A DNA stretch of 64,000 nt, taken from assembly GCA_903831815.1 (NCBI GenBank), contig CAIKZC010000002.1:7244-71243 (forward strand), written 5' to 3'. Under the pieces are notes generated by a model, which did not search any database, had not been told where the DNA came from, and saw only the letters and a program-made list of their open reading frames with translations. This DNA is from an uncultured bacterium. GTDB taxonomy: Bacteria; Patescibacteriota; Minisyncoccia; Phycocordibacterales; UBA11359. Shown in pieces: positions 1 to 9,095 of this stretch. Each line of letters begins with the position of its first letter. The stretch's first letter is position 1. The position numbers were made by a program, and so were the translations under genes.

Positions 1-551
1 TTGCTTTGGTTAAACAAGGTTAACGCTTCGTTACCATCTCCGAAATCACTTGAAGAAATGTTCGCTAAACTATTATTCAAAATGATGGCTGTACCTTTTA
101 GATCATCGGCCACTAAATGGTCAATTTGTAAATTTTCTCCATTAGCAAAAATTGCTTGATTAGAACCTTTCAAATTCATGTGAGAAAGTGTCGATGTCCC
201 GTGGCTAAAATAGATATTCCAGTCATCATTTTCCGTGTTAGAAGAAAAATAGACCGGCAAATTTTCAGTACCGTTTACATTCAAACTGCCCAAAACCGTC
301 ATTGACCCTTTTGCGCCAGAATCATCATTAGCAAATTTAATTTCAACTCCTGGGTCTACCGACAAAGTAGCTCCTTCATATATGACCATGCCGCCTCGCA
401 CTACATACGGACTATTCACCAAATCCAAAGTAAGATTTGTGGATATTTCAGCAGGAATATTAGTATCCGCGAAAGTGACCGTTACACTAAAAAATAAACT
501 TACTAGTAAAAAGCTGATAAATACGATACCTGCATAAAATAATTTTTTCAT
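1..551 (-). CDS. secreted surface protein with beta-helix-like Gly/Asn/Ser-rich repeats; start codon inside window, C-terminus beyond the window edge (partial)
   Basis: ATG at 551..549. The frame stays open down to position 1. N-terminal signal peptide MKKLFYAGIVFISFLLVSLFFSVTVTFA. Repetitive G/N/S/T-rich beta-strand-like segments. Absent from the ORF track because it is truncated by the window edge. Confidence 0.5.
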   Translation of the reverse strand, partial: MKKLFYAGIVFISFLLVSLFFSVTVTFADTNIPAEISTNLTLDLVNSPYVVRGGMVIYEGATLSVDPGVEIKFANDDSGAKGSMTVLGSLNVNGTENLPVYFSSNTENDDWNIYFSHGTSTLSHMNLKGSNQAIFANGENLQIDHLVADDLKGTAIILNNSLANISSSDFGDGNEALTLFNQS

Positions 552-576
552 GCAGAAATCATAAACAAGCACCCCT

Positions 577-613
577 AAAATATTTATAAAAAAATATTAA
601 AGAAATTCTAAAA
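577..613 (-). promoter_or_regulatory. shared AT-rich promoter-like motif, copy 1, upstream of the 1..551 gene
   Basis: TAAAATATTTATAAAAAAATATTAAAGAAATTCTAAA, near-identical to copy 2 at 13306..13341. Read on the gene sense strand it contains TTTAGAATTTC...TTTTTTTATAAATATTTTA, a -10-like TATAAAT box, about 25-60 nt before the ATG. Confidence 0.45.
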
Positions 614-856
614 ATTTTCTAAAGAAAAAATAAAGCAGCCATATGCTATCTTTAGAAAGATTTTATTTCTCGTTCATTAGTATTTTCTACAGAATTTCAG
701 AATATTATTATCGCGCTGCCACCGAAGCGTCGATACTATCTTGATAATATCCGGAAAAGGCCATTATGGCGAAACTCACGCTTATAATAAGTATGAAACC
801 AATCGCGAACCTAAAAAAAGTTTTGTCGAAAAGGTCTAACATGAAATAATTATAAC

Positions 857-888
857 AAAAACCCCGACCTCTTACGAGGTCGGGGTTT
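857..888 (-). terminator. rho-independent terminator after the 911..2683 gene
   Basis: Perfect inverted repeat AAAACCCCGACCTC-TTAC-GAGGTCGGGGTTT followed on the minus strand by a T-run. Lies directly 3' of the stop at 911. Confidence 0.7.
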
Positions 889-910
889 AAGCTTTTAAGC
901 AATCCGAAAA

Positions 911-2683
911 TTATTCTCCATTAAGGATCTCACGAGTCATCGGTCCAACTCGGCCCGGTGTCGGCAAACCCTTTGCTTTTTGGAATTTAATAACAGCCGC
1001 CTTGGTTAAACCACCAAAGTATCCTTTAGCCACTCCGTTTGGCATAACTAGGAAACCGCTATTTTCAAGGAAAGTCTGGAGTGCCGAAACATCATCGCCT
1101 TCCGAGCCAACAAAGAGGTCTCGTGAAAGTTTTGTTGCCAATGAATGCGAAGAAGGTGTCGCAGGCACGGCCGGACTAACTCCCGGCACGGCAGGTGTTG
1201 CAGGTACCGCAGCATTAGGATTTCTTGCGCTGCTTCCACCACCATGAGAACCACTACTTCCATTAGCGCTTATAATGTAGACCTTAGTCATTAAACTAGA
1301 AACGTTGGAATACGCATCGCATCCGACCGCTTTCAAAACAAGGCTTCGGCTAATAGTTAAGGCAGAGCTATACAAATTACCGCTGGCACAAGCAGGAATC
1401 GTACCATCGTTCGTATAATAGATATTTGCAGCACCAACCGAAGAAAGAGTTGCTGTTGTTTCATGAGAATAAACCGTACTTGCGTCAAGACTGGAAACTG
1501 GAGTTACAGGAGACAATGCATCAGTTATCGAAGTTGTAGCAGTTGAAGTAAATGCATTTCCGGCAACATCTGTTACCGCACTTGTAGGCGCAATAGTATC
1601 ACCGCTTTGTACAGTCGCAGTAGAACCTAGAGTTACGGTTACCTCAGTATTTGTTGGACTGTTCCAAGCCAATGTTGAATTTCCAAATGTATGAGCATCT
1701 AACCCAAGAGTTGTCGTGGAAACTGTAGATGTATCTATTTTTTCGTCAAAAGTAATCTTTATATCATCACCAACTGAAATATTAGTATTATGATCATTAT
1801 CCGTCGTTGAATCCCAAAGTACACTTGATACCGTTGGTGCAGTCGTATCATAAGTTACGCCAGTTACAGTCGTTGTTGCCGAAACGTTTCCCGTTGCGTC
1901 AGTTGCACTTCCAAAACTAAAAGTATAAACCGAACCATTCACAAGTGTCATTGCAGATACACATCCATTTGTAAGACTGGTTAAGTTAAGCGCTGAATGT
2001 GTTCCATAAGTGAGAGCCGATCCTGCAAGAACACATGAGTGCACGCTTGCATCTGCTGTTCCACCAGTACTTGAAGCGACAATGAGACCAGAAGCGACCG
2101 CTTCACTCAAAGAATAGCTCACATCCGAGGATGTTGTGGCAACACTATTAATATATGCGTTTGTTGTAGGAGAAGTCACAGTAATAGTGGGGACCTGCGC
2201 ATCCGCAATAGCAATTGAAGCACTATGCAATACCACCGCGTTTGTTGAACTACCAAGAGTTGTAACCAGACCACTAGCCGCAACATACAAACCATGAGAC
2301 GCATCATAACTTGCGCTGGTTGAAGCGAATGAACCTTGTGCAAAAGTAAGAGTTATTGTCCAAGGCGCAGATCCATTATGTGTAATCGCAGCACTTATAG
2401 GACCAAGCGGAGTTGAACCATTAGTATTCTGATCAATGTGCCAAGAAGAGCTGGCCACGGAAAAAAGATCACCGTCATTGCCGGCACCCATTTTGGTTGG
2501 ATCAAGTGTGACGAGCACCGTACTTGAAGATGTAATACTGACTGTCGATATTGTAGTAGAGGCCACGGCCGCAGAAGCCATCACCGGCACAACAAAAAGC
2601 ATCGACACGGAAAAAAATCCAATTGCCAACATAACGATTTTTTTGTAATTCATATTAAACGAACTTATTAATAATAAAAACAT
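911..2683 (-). CDS. cell-surface protein: N-terminal signal/TM, Thr/Ser-rich Ig-like repeat region, C-terminal peptidoglycan-binding domain (PG_binding_1-like)
   Basis: N-terminus MFLLLISSFNMNYKKIVMLAIGFFSVSMLFVVPVMASA. C-terminus DDVSALQTFLENSGFLVMPNGVAKGYFGGLTKAAVIKFQKAKGLPTPGRVG matches the peptidoglycan-binding fold. Long T/S/V/A-rich middle. Confidence 0.7.
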   Translation of the reverse strand: MFLLLISSFNMNYKKIVMLAIGFFSVSMLFVVPVMASAAVASTTISTVSITSSSTVLVTLDPTKMGAGNDGDLFSVASSSWHIDQNTNGSTPLGPISAAITHNGSAPWTITLTFAQGSFASTSASYDASHGLYVAASGLVTTLGSSTNAVVLHSASIAIADAQVPTITVTSPTTNAYINSVATTSSDVSYSLSEAVASGLIVASSTGGTADASVHSCVLAGSALTYGTHSALNLTSLTNGCVSAMTLVNGSVYTFSFGSATDATGNVSATTTVTGVTYDTTAPTVSSVLWDSTTDNDHNTNISVGDDIKITFDEKIDTSTVSTTTLGLDAHTFGNSTLAWNSPTNTEVTVTLGSTATVQSGDTIAPTSAVTDVAGNAFTSTATTSITDALSPVTPVSSLDASTVYSHETTATLSSVGAANIYYTNDGTIPACASGNLYSSALTISRSLVLKAVGCDAYSNVSSLMTKVYIISANGSSGSHGGGSSARNPNAAVPATPAVPGVSPAVPATPSSHSLATKLSRDLFVGSEGDDVSALQTFLENSGFLVMPNGVAKGYFGGLTKAAVIKFQKAKGLPTPGRVGPMTREILNGE

Positions 2684-2780
2684 ACACGCAAAGGAGACTT
2701 CCCTTTTCGTTAATCAAATTATACAGTATGTGGAACAATCTTTATATCAAAAGTTATCCACAGTTATAAATTCAGGCAAC

Positions 2781-2806
2781 AAAAAACCGCCCTAAGGCGG
2801 TTTTTT
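2781..2806 (-). terminator. rho-independent terminator after the 2849..4711 gene
   Basis: AAAAAACCGCC-CTAA-GGCGGTTTTTT hairpin flanked by A- and T-runs, so it could work bidirectionally. Sits 43 nt 3' of the stop at 2849. Confidence 0.65.
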
Positions 2807-2848
2807 GTTGAGCGAATAAATGGTTAAACCATCTATAAGCTTGAGCTG

Positions 2849-4711
2849 CTAGTAAGCTGGGGTCTCAACTAGATTTGCAATAGCAGTATTTGCTACGTTC
2901 GTGATTGTACCACGTACTAATCCAGTTACACCACCGGCAGATGCCAACTTTACAGTAAGAGTAAAGTTTGCAGTATCACCAGCAGAGATGGTGAAGTCAT
3001 TCGAACCATCCTTTGTCAAATCAGTGCTGTCAAGTACAGCATCAGTTGTAGTTGCGCCTGTAACATTGAAGACGACAACCTTTGCGCCAGCTGATTGGCT
3101 AGCCTGACCTGATGTCTTTCCAGTACCGAACTGATCTTGTGAAAGGGTAATATCGCTGTCACCCAAAGCTGCAACTTGGAAGGTCATCTTTAGGGTTCCA
3201 TCAATATGATCAGTTACGTTTGGAGCTACGTAAGAGCTAGATACAAGTCGTACCTGTGGTCCTGCGATAGCGAATGATTGTGTTTCGCCAGCTGCTGAAC
3301 CGGTAGGATTGATAGCATCGCCATTTGAATCCTCAGGAGCAAAAGCATCTGTTGAATCTGTATAACTTACAGAAGCAGTAGCTGCATCGCTTGATCCGAA
3401 GTTGGTTGAATCATTAACAGTTGCGTAAACACGGAAGACTGCAGTTGTGTTTGCGGCAATATTGAATGTGTCATCCAAGTTGAATGTAGCTGCTTGACCA
3501 CTTGTAAGTGTTGATCCATCGATAGTTGCGAGAACGGTTGAACCATTTCGAAGTTGCAATTCACCAATAACTCCTGGAGTACTTGTAGAAGTAGTTGGAG
3601 TTACTTGAATTGAATCGAATGATACAGCTGAATCGCTAGCCTTGACTTTGAATTCAAGCATCAAAACATCCTTTGTTGAAGCGGTGTCTGATACTTCAAC
3701 TCTCTGTGCTAATGGACTTCCTGAACCCTTTGAAACAACAACTTTAGCATTGCCTGATAGGGCTAGGCTAGTGAATTTGAAGGTCGCAGTTTGTGAGTTT
3801 GGATTCTCGGTAAGAATAGCACCAGTCGAATCTGTGAATCGAATGTTGCTGACAGTAAGAGTCCAGTTTGCATTAAAGTCGGTGGTGTCGATATTTTCGA
3901 CAGCATCAACAGTGACATAGAAGGTCTTCTTGTTGCCTGAACCGTCTCGAACAACTGCGTTTGAAAGCGAAATTGTCTTTGAGTAGGCATTACCAGACTT
4001 CGTGAAGTCAGCTACATCAGCTGAACCGATCTTGGTTGAACCATCCCATACGCTAACAGTGTTAACATATCGGCTAAGTCGTAGTGATGATGCGCTTGCG
4101 CCATCAGCTAGGAAGCTAACCTTAACGCTGGTAACAGCGATGTCAGATCCATCAGCCTCAACCTTGAAGCCGTAAACCTTAACATTGCTTGAACCTTCGT
4201 CAACAGATGACTCAACATCAGTTGCGGTCTTTGTAACAGTTGCGCTACCTGCGCCACCATTAAGAGAACCGTTTGATGCGCCTGGAGCTGACATACAGTT
4301 GCTTGCCAATGTCATACCATTTGGACATAGAGCACCTGCAGCTGCGCCTGGGGCAGTTGAACAGTTACTTGCTAGTGTCTTGCCATTTGGGCAAAGAGCA
4401 CCTGCAGCTGGAGCGCCGTTAAGAGCACCTCGAGTTATAGAACCAACGAAACCAGCTGCTGGCGTAATGCCATTTGCAACTTGGTATTTGATAACAGCAG
4501 CCTTTGTTGCAGCACCGAAGTATCCCATGCTGACGCCAGCTGGCATTGTCAAATAACCACCGCTAACGAGGGTTGTTTGAAGTGCAACTACGTCTGCACC
4601 TGTACTACCAACTGTAAGATTTGTATTGATTGCTGCGCTTGCAACAGTTGTGATGGTCAAAGCCATTGCAACTACGAAAGCTACGGCAAGAATTTTTGTA
4701 GATAATTTCAT
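2849..4711 (-). CDS. cell-surface protein: signal peptide, N-terminal peptidoglycan-binding domain, Cys-containing tandem repeats, long Ser/Thr-rich Ig-like region
   Basis: MKLSTKILAVAFVVAMALTITTVASA signal peptide. VVALQTTLVSGGYLTMPAGVSMGYFGAATKAAVIKYQVANGITPAAGFVGSITRGAL matches the PG-binding fold. Repeated APAAGALCPNGKTLASNCSTAPG units. Confidence 0.7.
   Translation of the reverse strand: MKLSTKILAVAFVVAMALTITTVASAAINTNLTVGSTGADVVALQTTLVSGGYLTMPAGVSMGYFGAATKAAVIKYQVANGITPAAGFVGSITRGALNGAPAAGALCPNGKTLASNCSTAPGAAAGALCPNGMTLASNCMSAPGASNGSLNGGAGSATVTKTATDVESSVDEGSSNVKVYGFKVEADGSDIAVTSVKVSFLADGASASSLRLSRYVNTVSVWDGSTKIGSADVADFTKSGNAYSKTISLSNAVVRDGSGNKKTFYVTVDAVENIDTTDFNANWTLTVSNIRFTDSTGAILTENPNSQTATFKFTSLALSGNAKVVVSKGSGSPLAQRVEVSDTASTKDVLMLEFKVKASDSAVSFDSIQVTPTTSTSTPGVIGELQLRNGSTVLATIDGSTLTSGQAATFNLDDTFNIAANTTAVFRVYATVNDSTNFGSSDAATASVSYTDSTDAFAPEDSNGDAINPTGSAAGETQSFAIAGPQVRLVSSSYVAPNVTDHIDGTLKMTFQVAALGDSDITLSQDQFGTGKTSGQASQSAGAKVVVFNVTGATTTDAVLDSTDLTKDGSNDFTISAGDTANFTLTVKLASAGGVTGLVRGTITNVANTAIANLVETPAY
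4297..4415 (-). repeat. in-frame tandem direct repeat, 2 x about 57 bp, inside the 2849..4711 CDS
   Basis: Near-identical 57-bp units (..CCATTTGGRCAWAGAGCACCTGCAGCTG..) encoding the duplicated Cys-containing ALCPNG(K/M)TLASNC peptide. Confidence 0.6.
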
Positions 4712-5245
4712 ATTTATAATTAATTAATACTGACCTTATAATTTTTCTCTTTATTTTTTAAATATTGTTAATGCGAGAAAAATTATTCTTACTTCTTACA
4801 ACAGAGTATTGATTAAAAACTTTTTAAACAATAAGTCTGTCGCCTTTGACTAAGTCTTAGTACTTCAGTATCGCCTAAAGTAAAAAGATTAGTTGGATAA
4901 TTTGGACCGATTTTCTAGAGCTAACAACCATGAAGGAAAAAGATATTCGGAAGAATTTTTAACATCGTTTATTAAATTGTCAACGTTCTTATTCGTACTG
5001 AAAAATACTCCGTTCGCTTGTACAGATATGACGGTAACATAACCTAAATGTTACAGAAATTATCTATCCAAAAAAACGTTAGATTACAACGCAATATGGG
5101 CATATATTAATACACGCCAATAATGCATAGGAATCATTATATATCTTGGCCTATAACCGTGCAAATGAGGCTGTGGATAACTCCACAATTAGCCCTATTT
5201 TCACGGCCGCCCAATCATCGCATATTTAGGCCGAAAAGTCAAAAA

Positions 5246-6073
5246 CTAAACCAGGGAATAGAGGCTCCAACGGCGCTCCCCTGTTTTCTTAAGGACACCA
5301 GTAGCGACAAGCGAAATTAACTCTCTCTGGATCGTTTTTTCACTGCAATCTTTGATCTCTCGTGCAAAATCTTTGATACCCAGCGTTTTACCATCATTTA
5401 ATAGTCTAATTATATTATCGTGACGACTGTTCTTTATGTCCTTTATATTGTCTTTTTGCACTTGTTGTGTCTGTTTGTCCTTTACACTTTCCGATGTCCT
5501 ATAGTGTCCTTTAGTAGGAAATAGCTTTGCTAAAGGATAATTTGATGGTGATGAAACAGATGAGACTTGTGACGAAATTCCAGAATTGTTGATCGAATTA
5601 CCAATCGGGGTTGCCACGTTGAAAAAATCTTGTGGAAAAACCGAAGAACCATTTGCGGTGATTTCTTCGTGAATATTTTGCAAATTGTCCATAAGCAAAA
5701 CGAGCTCCTTTTGAATGATGGAATAATTCATAGAGGAAATATGATCTGCCGTTGACGCAATTTTTAGCAAAGAAATCGTTTCAGACATGGATGACATAAG
5801 ATTGATAAGAGTTTGTCTTGATTGCACTACAGTTGTCTTTTTGAGCGACAAAACATCCGACATTAGTCCTATAGAAAGTTTACGGATCTGAAGTTTGATT
5901 GGTTCCGTGTCCGATATTAAATTGGTTATAAGATAAAGGGCAGCGATAATTTTTTCTGTCTTTTTGAAAATGAAGAGATACGCAGGGTCACTAAAGATTA
6001 CCTTTGACTGGATTTTATCAAGGCTTTTTTCATCATATTTCTTTAAATAGCTATCCTGATGTTTGGAGACCAT
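5246..6073 (-). CDS. hypothetical protein with C-terminal winged helix-turn-helix DNA-binding domain (putative transcriptional regulator)
   Basis: C-terminus ...IIRLLNDGKTLGIKDFAREIKDCSEKTIQRELISLVATGVLKKTGERRWSLYSLV looks like a wHTH (DeoR/MarR-like). The N-terminal 200 aa are unrecognised. A KD-rich low-complexity stretch precedes the HTH. Confidence 0.45.
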   Translation of the reverse strand: MVSKHQDSYLKKYDEKSLDKIQSKVIFSDPAYLFIFKKTEKIIAALYLITNLISDTEPIKLQIRKLSIGLMSDVLSLKKTTVVQSRQTLINLMSSMSETISLLKIASTADHISSMNYSIIQKELVLLMDNLQNIHEEITANGSSVFPQDFFNVATPIGNSINNSGISSQVSSVSSPSNYPLAKLFPTKGHYRTSESVKDKQTQQVQKDNIKDIKNSRHDNIIRLLNDGKTLGIKDFAREIKDCSEKTIQRELISLVATGVLKKTGERRWSLYSLV

Positions 6074-6301
6074 ATTAGTGTTTTAAATGTCTTATATAGA
6101 TTACGTGTCCTTTACTTACCTGTCCTATAACATTTCCACCTGTCTTTTAAAATAAATTAGAACGAATTTATGTCCATTATAGTATAGGACAAAGTTGAGC
6201 GTCAATATATACAAATTTGATAAATGTGCTCTTGATAGGGCACACTATCTTAAGATAAGATAAAATCTTTCTTGAGGTCTTTATGGAAATTTTAATATTT
6301 C

Positions 6302-6327
6302 TTTAGAATTTTTTTATAAATATTTTA
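6302..6327 (+). promoter_or_regulatory. shared AT-rich promoter-like motif, copy 3 (shorter), upstream of ftsK
   Basis: TTTAGAATTTTTTTATAAATATTTTA 57 nt before the ftsK ATG. Same gene-relative orientation as copies 1 and 2. Confidence 0.4.
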
Positions 6328-6383
6328 TCCCCTCTAGTATATGTTTATTATGTCCTCGTATGATATTATTACTCTAAACACAT

Positions 6384-8636
6384 ATGAGCAAACGAAATAA
6401 ATCATCAAAAGAAAATGACAATGAGGCTATGAGTCACCTCAAAGAAAAGACTCTCCATGCAATCGTAGCAGTCACACTCTTTGTTATCGCAATCTACTTT
6501 GTTCTTTCCGCAATCAGTCTGGCCGGTCGAGCTGGCATTGATACGTATATCATCTTCTCTCAACTTTTTGGTGTCGGATATTATCTCATACCTATCGTTC
6601 TTATTATTCTAGGTATCTCGTTCTTTAGATCAGCTCAGCAGAAGATCGCCATGTGGCAATCGATCGGTGGGCTAGTCTTGTTCTTGTCCGGACTCGGTAT
6701 CATCTCGACTATCTCTTTTATGATCTCAAAGGATCTAAGTCTTGTCGGCGGTGTTGTCGGCTACTATGTTTCTTTGCCGCTCATTAAAATATTTTATGTG
6801 TATTTCACCTTAGTATTTCTGTTAGCACTGGTTCTCATATCAATACTAGTAATCTTTGACGTGCACCTCGCCGATTTGATCTGGTGGCGTAAAGATGAAG
6901 ACGAAGAAAATGAAAAGAAAGATGCTAAAGGAGTTTCAGCCGACCTTGATGCAGCGGAACTCAAAAAAATGGATGAGGCTCGCAAAGCCAGTGACAAAAA
7001 TACCGCTAATAATGACGATAAACAAAAACTCAAAGACGCGACCGACACCAAGAACAAACAGGACGAGTTTACTTTATCAATGCCAGCGCATATCGGGAGA
7101 GTTAGCCATAATGAATTCGTGCCACTCCCCCTCTCTCTCCTTGAAGGCGATAAAGGCAAACCGGGAGTCGGAGACATCAAGGCCAATGCCAACATTATTA
7201 AGCGCACACTTCAAAACTTCGGTATCTCAGTTGAAATGGATGAAGTTTCGATCGGACCTTCTATCACTCGCTATGCCCTGAAACCTGCCGAGGGTGTAAA
7301 ACTTTCTCGCATCGTCGCTTTACACAACGACCTCGCTCTCGCTCTCGCCGCTCACCCGATCCGTATCGAAGCACCTATCCCCGGTAAATCGCTCGTCGGT
7401 ATTGAAATTCCAAATAGTGTCAAAACAACAGTCGGTCTTGCCAATCTTATCGGTGATCCGGAATATCAGAATTCCAACAAGCCGCTCCTTGTCACTTTAG
7501 GTAAAGGTATTTCTGGAAAGTCCTATTTTGCCAACCTTGGCAAAATGCCTCACCTTCTTATCGCCGGCGCCACCGGTTCCGGTAAGTCCGTGACCATTCA
7601 CGCCATCATCACCTCTCTGCTTTATCGCAACACGCCAGAAAATCTCAAATTCATCATGATTGACCCAAAGCGTGTTGAACTCACGCTTTACAACAAAATC
7701 CCTCATCTACTCACTCCGGTCGTGACTGAAGCCAAAAAAGCTATCCTGGCACTCAAATGGGCGGCAAAAGAAATGGATAGACGTTACGATATTCTGGAAT
7801 CAGAATCCGTGCGAGACATTGAGTCATATCATAAAAATATTCTGGCTCCAGCCGTTAAAAAACTTGATGATGAGGAAAGGGCCGAGCTCGAAGCCGCAGG
7901 CAAAATACCGGAAACCCTTCCATATATTGTCATTGTCATCGATGAATTGGCCGATATCATGCAAGCCTATCCCCGCGAGTTGGAATCTGCCATTGTTCGC
8001 CTCGCTCAGATGTCCCGCGCTGTTGGTATTCACCTCATCGTTTCAACCCAACGTCCTTCAGTCAACGTCATTACCGGTCTTATTAAAGCCAACATCCCTG
8101 CCCGCATTGCCCTCCAGGTGTCATCTCAGATCGATTCTCGTACGATTTTGGATGCATCGGGTGCAGAAAAATTGCTCGGCGCTGGCGATATGCTCTTCCA
8201 GTCTGGCGATATGTCTCAACCAAACCGTATTCAATCTGCCTTTATTTCCGAAACTGAGCTCAAAAATGTCGTAAAATTCCTCGTTGAAAACAATGATGCA
8301 ATCCCAGAAGCTGGTATCGATCTCAGCAACACCCAACCACAAGAAAAGAATTCGATTTTTGACGCGGTCAATAACGCAGATGAATTTGGAGACGATGACG
8401 ATGATTTATATGAGCAAGCTCGAGAAGAGATAATTCACGCCGGCAAAGCTTCAACTTCATATCTTCAAAGAAAACTACGTATCGGTTATGCTCGTGCCGC
8501 TCGCCTCATGGATATGATGGAAGAGCGTGGAGTAATCGGTGCAGCCGACGGTTCACGACCTCGCGATGTGATTGCCGACAAACCTAGCGAAACAACAGGT
8601 GCGGAGAGTACAGAAAATCTGCCACCTGCGGCCTAA
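6384..8636 (+). CDS. ftsK: DNA translocase FtsK/SpoIIIE
   Basis: N-terminal multi-TM region, linker, Walker A LLIAGATGSGKS, Walker B VIVIDELAD. C-terminal gamma wHTH TSYLQRKLRIGYARAARLMDMMEERGVIG. Confidence 0.9.
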   Translation: MSKRNKSSKENDNEAMSHLKEKTLHAIVAVTLFVIAIYFVLSAISLAGRAGIDTYIIFSQLFGVGYYLIPIVLIILGISFFRSAQQKIAMWQSIGGLVLFLSGLGIISTISFMISKDLSLVGGVVGYYVSLPLIKIFYVYFTLVFLLALVLISILVIFDVHLADLIWWRKDEDEENEKKDAKGVSADLDAAELKKMDEARKASDKNTANNDDKQKLKDATDTKNKQDEFTLSMPAHIGRVSHNEFVPLPLSLLEGDKGKPGVGDIKANANIIKRTLQNFGISVEMDEVSIGPSITRYALKPAEGVKLSRIVALHNDLALALAAHPIRIEAPIPGKSLVGIEIPNSVKTTVGLANLIGDPEYQNSNKPLLVTLGKGISGKSYFANLGKMPHLLIAGATGSGKSVTIHAIITSLLYRNTPENLKFIMIDPKRVELTLYNKIPHLLTPVVTEAKKAILALKWAAKEMDRRYDILESESVRDIESYHKNILAPAVKKLDDEERAELEAAGKIPETLPYIVIVIDELADIMQAYPRELESAIVRLAQMSRAVGIHLIVSTQRPSVNVITGLIKANIPARIALQVSSQIDSRTILDASGAEKLLGAGDMLFQSGDMSQPNRIQSAFISETELKNVVKFLVENNDAIPEAGIDLSNTQPQEKNSIFDAVNNADEFGDDDDDLYEQAREEIIHAGKASTSYLQRKLRIGYARAARLMDMMEERGVIGAADGSRPRDVIADKPSETTGAESTENLPPAA

Positions 8637-8640
8637 CATC

Positions 8641-9084
8641 ATGACGGCTTCCCAAAAACTCATTCTTAAAATTTCAATAGTCATCATAACCCTATTGCTC
8701 ATTTTGGGTTATGGACTATTTCAGGCTCGCAACCTCATAAACGGACCGGAAATCAGCGTTTCAACGCCAAAAAATGGCGAGAACCTATCTAACCCTCTCA
8801 TTGTGGTGGCCGGTTCAGCAAACAACATCACTCACATTAGTCTCAACGATCGACAGATCTTTGTTGACAAACAAGGCAATTTCTCGGAGAAATTGCTGGT
8901 GCCTTCCGGCTATACTATAATTAAGCTAGAGGCACAGGATAAATTTGGCCGAAGCACAAAAAAGCTTATCGAGCTAAATTACACTGCTCCGCAGGCAAGT
9001 AGTACGTTAATCGGTAATGCAAGTACAACTGGCATGACCGCAACAAGTACCGTAGCCACAAGCACACAGAAGATTATTCAGTAA
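8641..9084 (+). CDS. membrane-anchored hypothetical protein with an Ig-like extracellular domain
   Basis: Start taken at MTASQKL immediately after the ftsK stop; the ORF-track start at 8572 overlaps ftsK. One TM helix [21 protein letters not shown]. Ser/Thr-rich C-terminus. Confidence 0.45.
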   Translation: MTASQKLILKISIVIITLLLILGYGLFQARNLINGPEISVSTPKNGENLSNPLIVVAGSANNITHISLNDRQIFVDKQGNFSEKLLVPSGYTIIKLEAQDKFGRSTKKLIELNYTAPQASSTLIGNASTTGMTATSTVATSTQKIIQ

Positions 9085-9095
9085 TTACAAAATTT

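Noticed and set aside
708-902. 64-aa ORF on the minus strand
   Set aside because: Its 5' part is the perfect terminator hairpin (857-888) of the upstream gene. There is no RBS. Most likely a spurious ORF in a terminator/promoter spacer.
2749-5181. Perfect DnaA-box nonamers TTATCCACA (2749-2757) and TGTGGATAA (5173-5181), plus weaker TTGGATAAT/TTATCTATCC in the 4712-5245 AT-rich spacer; considered an oriC
   Set aside because: Only isolated boxes. No dnaA/dnaN nearby and no clustered array or AT-rich DUE with 13-mers. Insufficient evidence for an origin.
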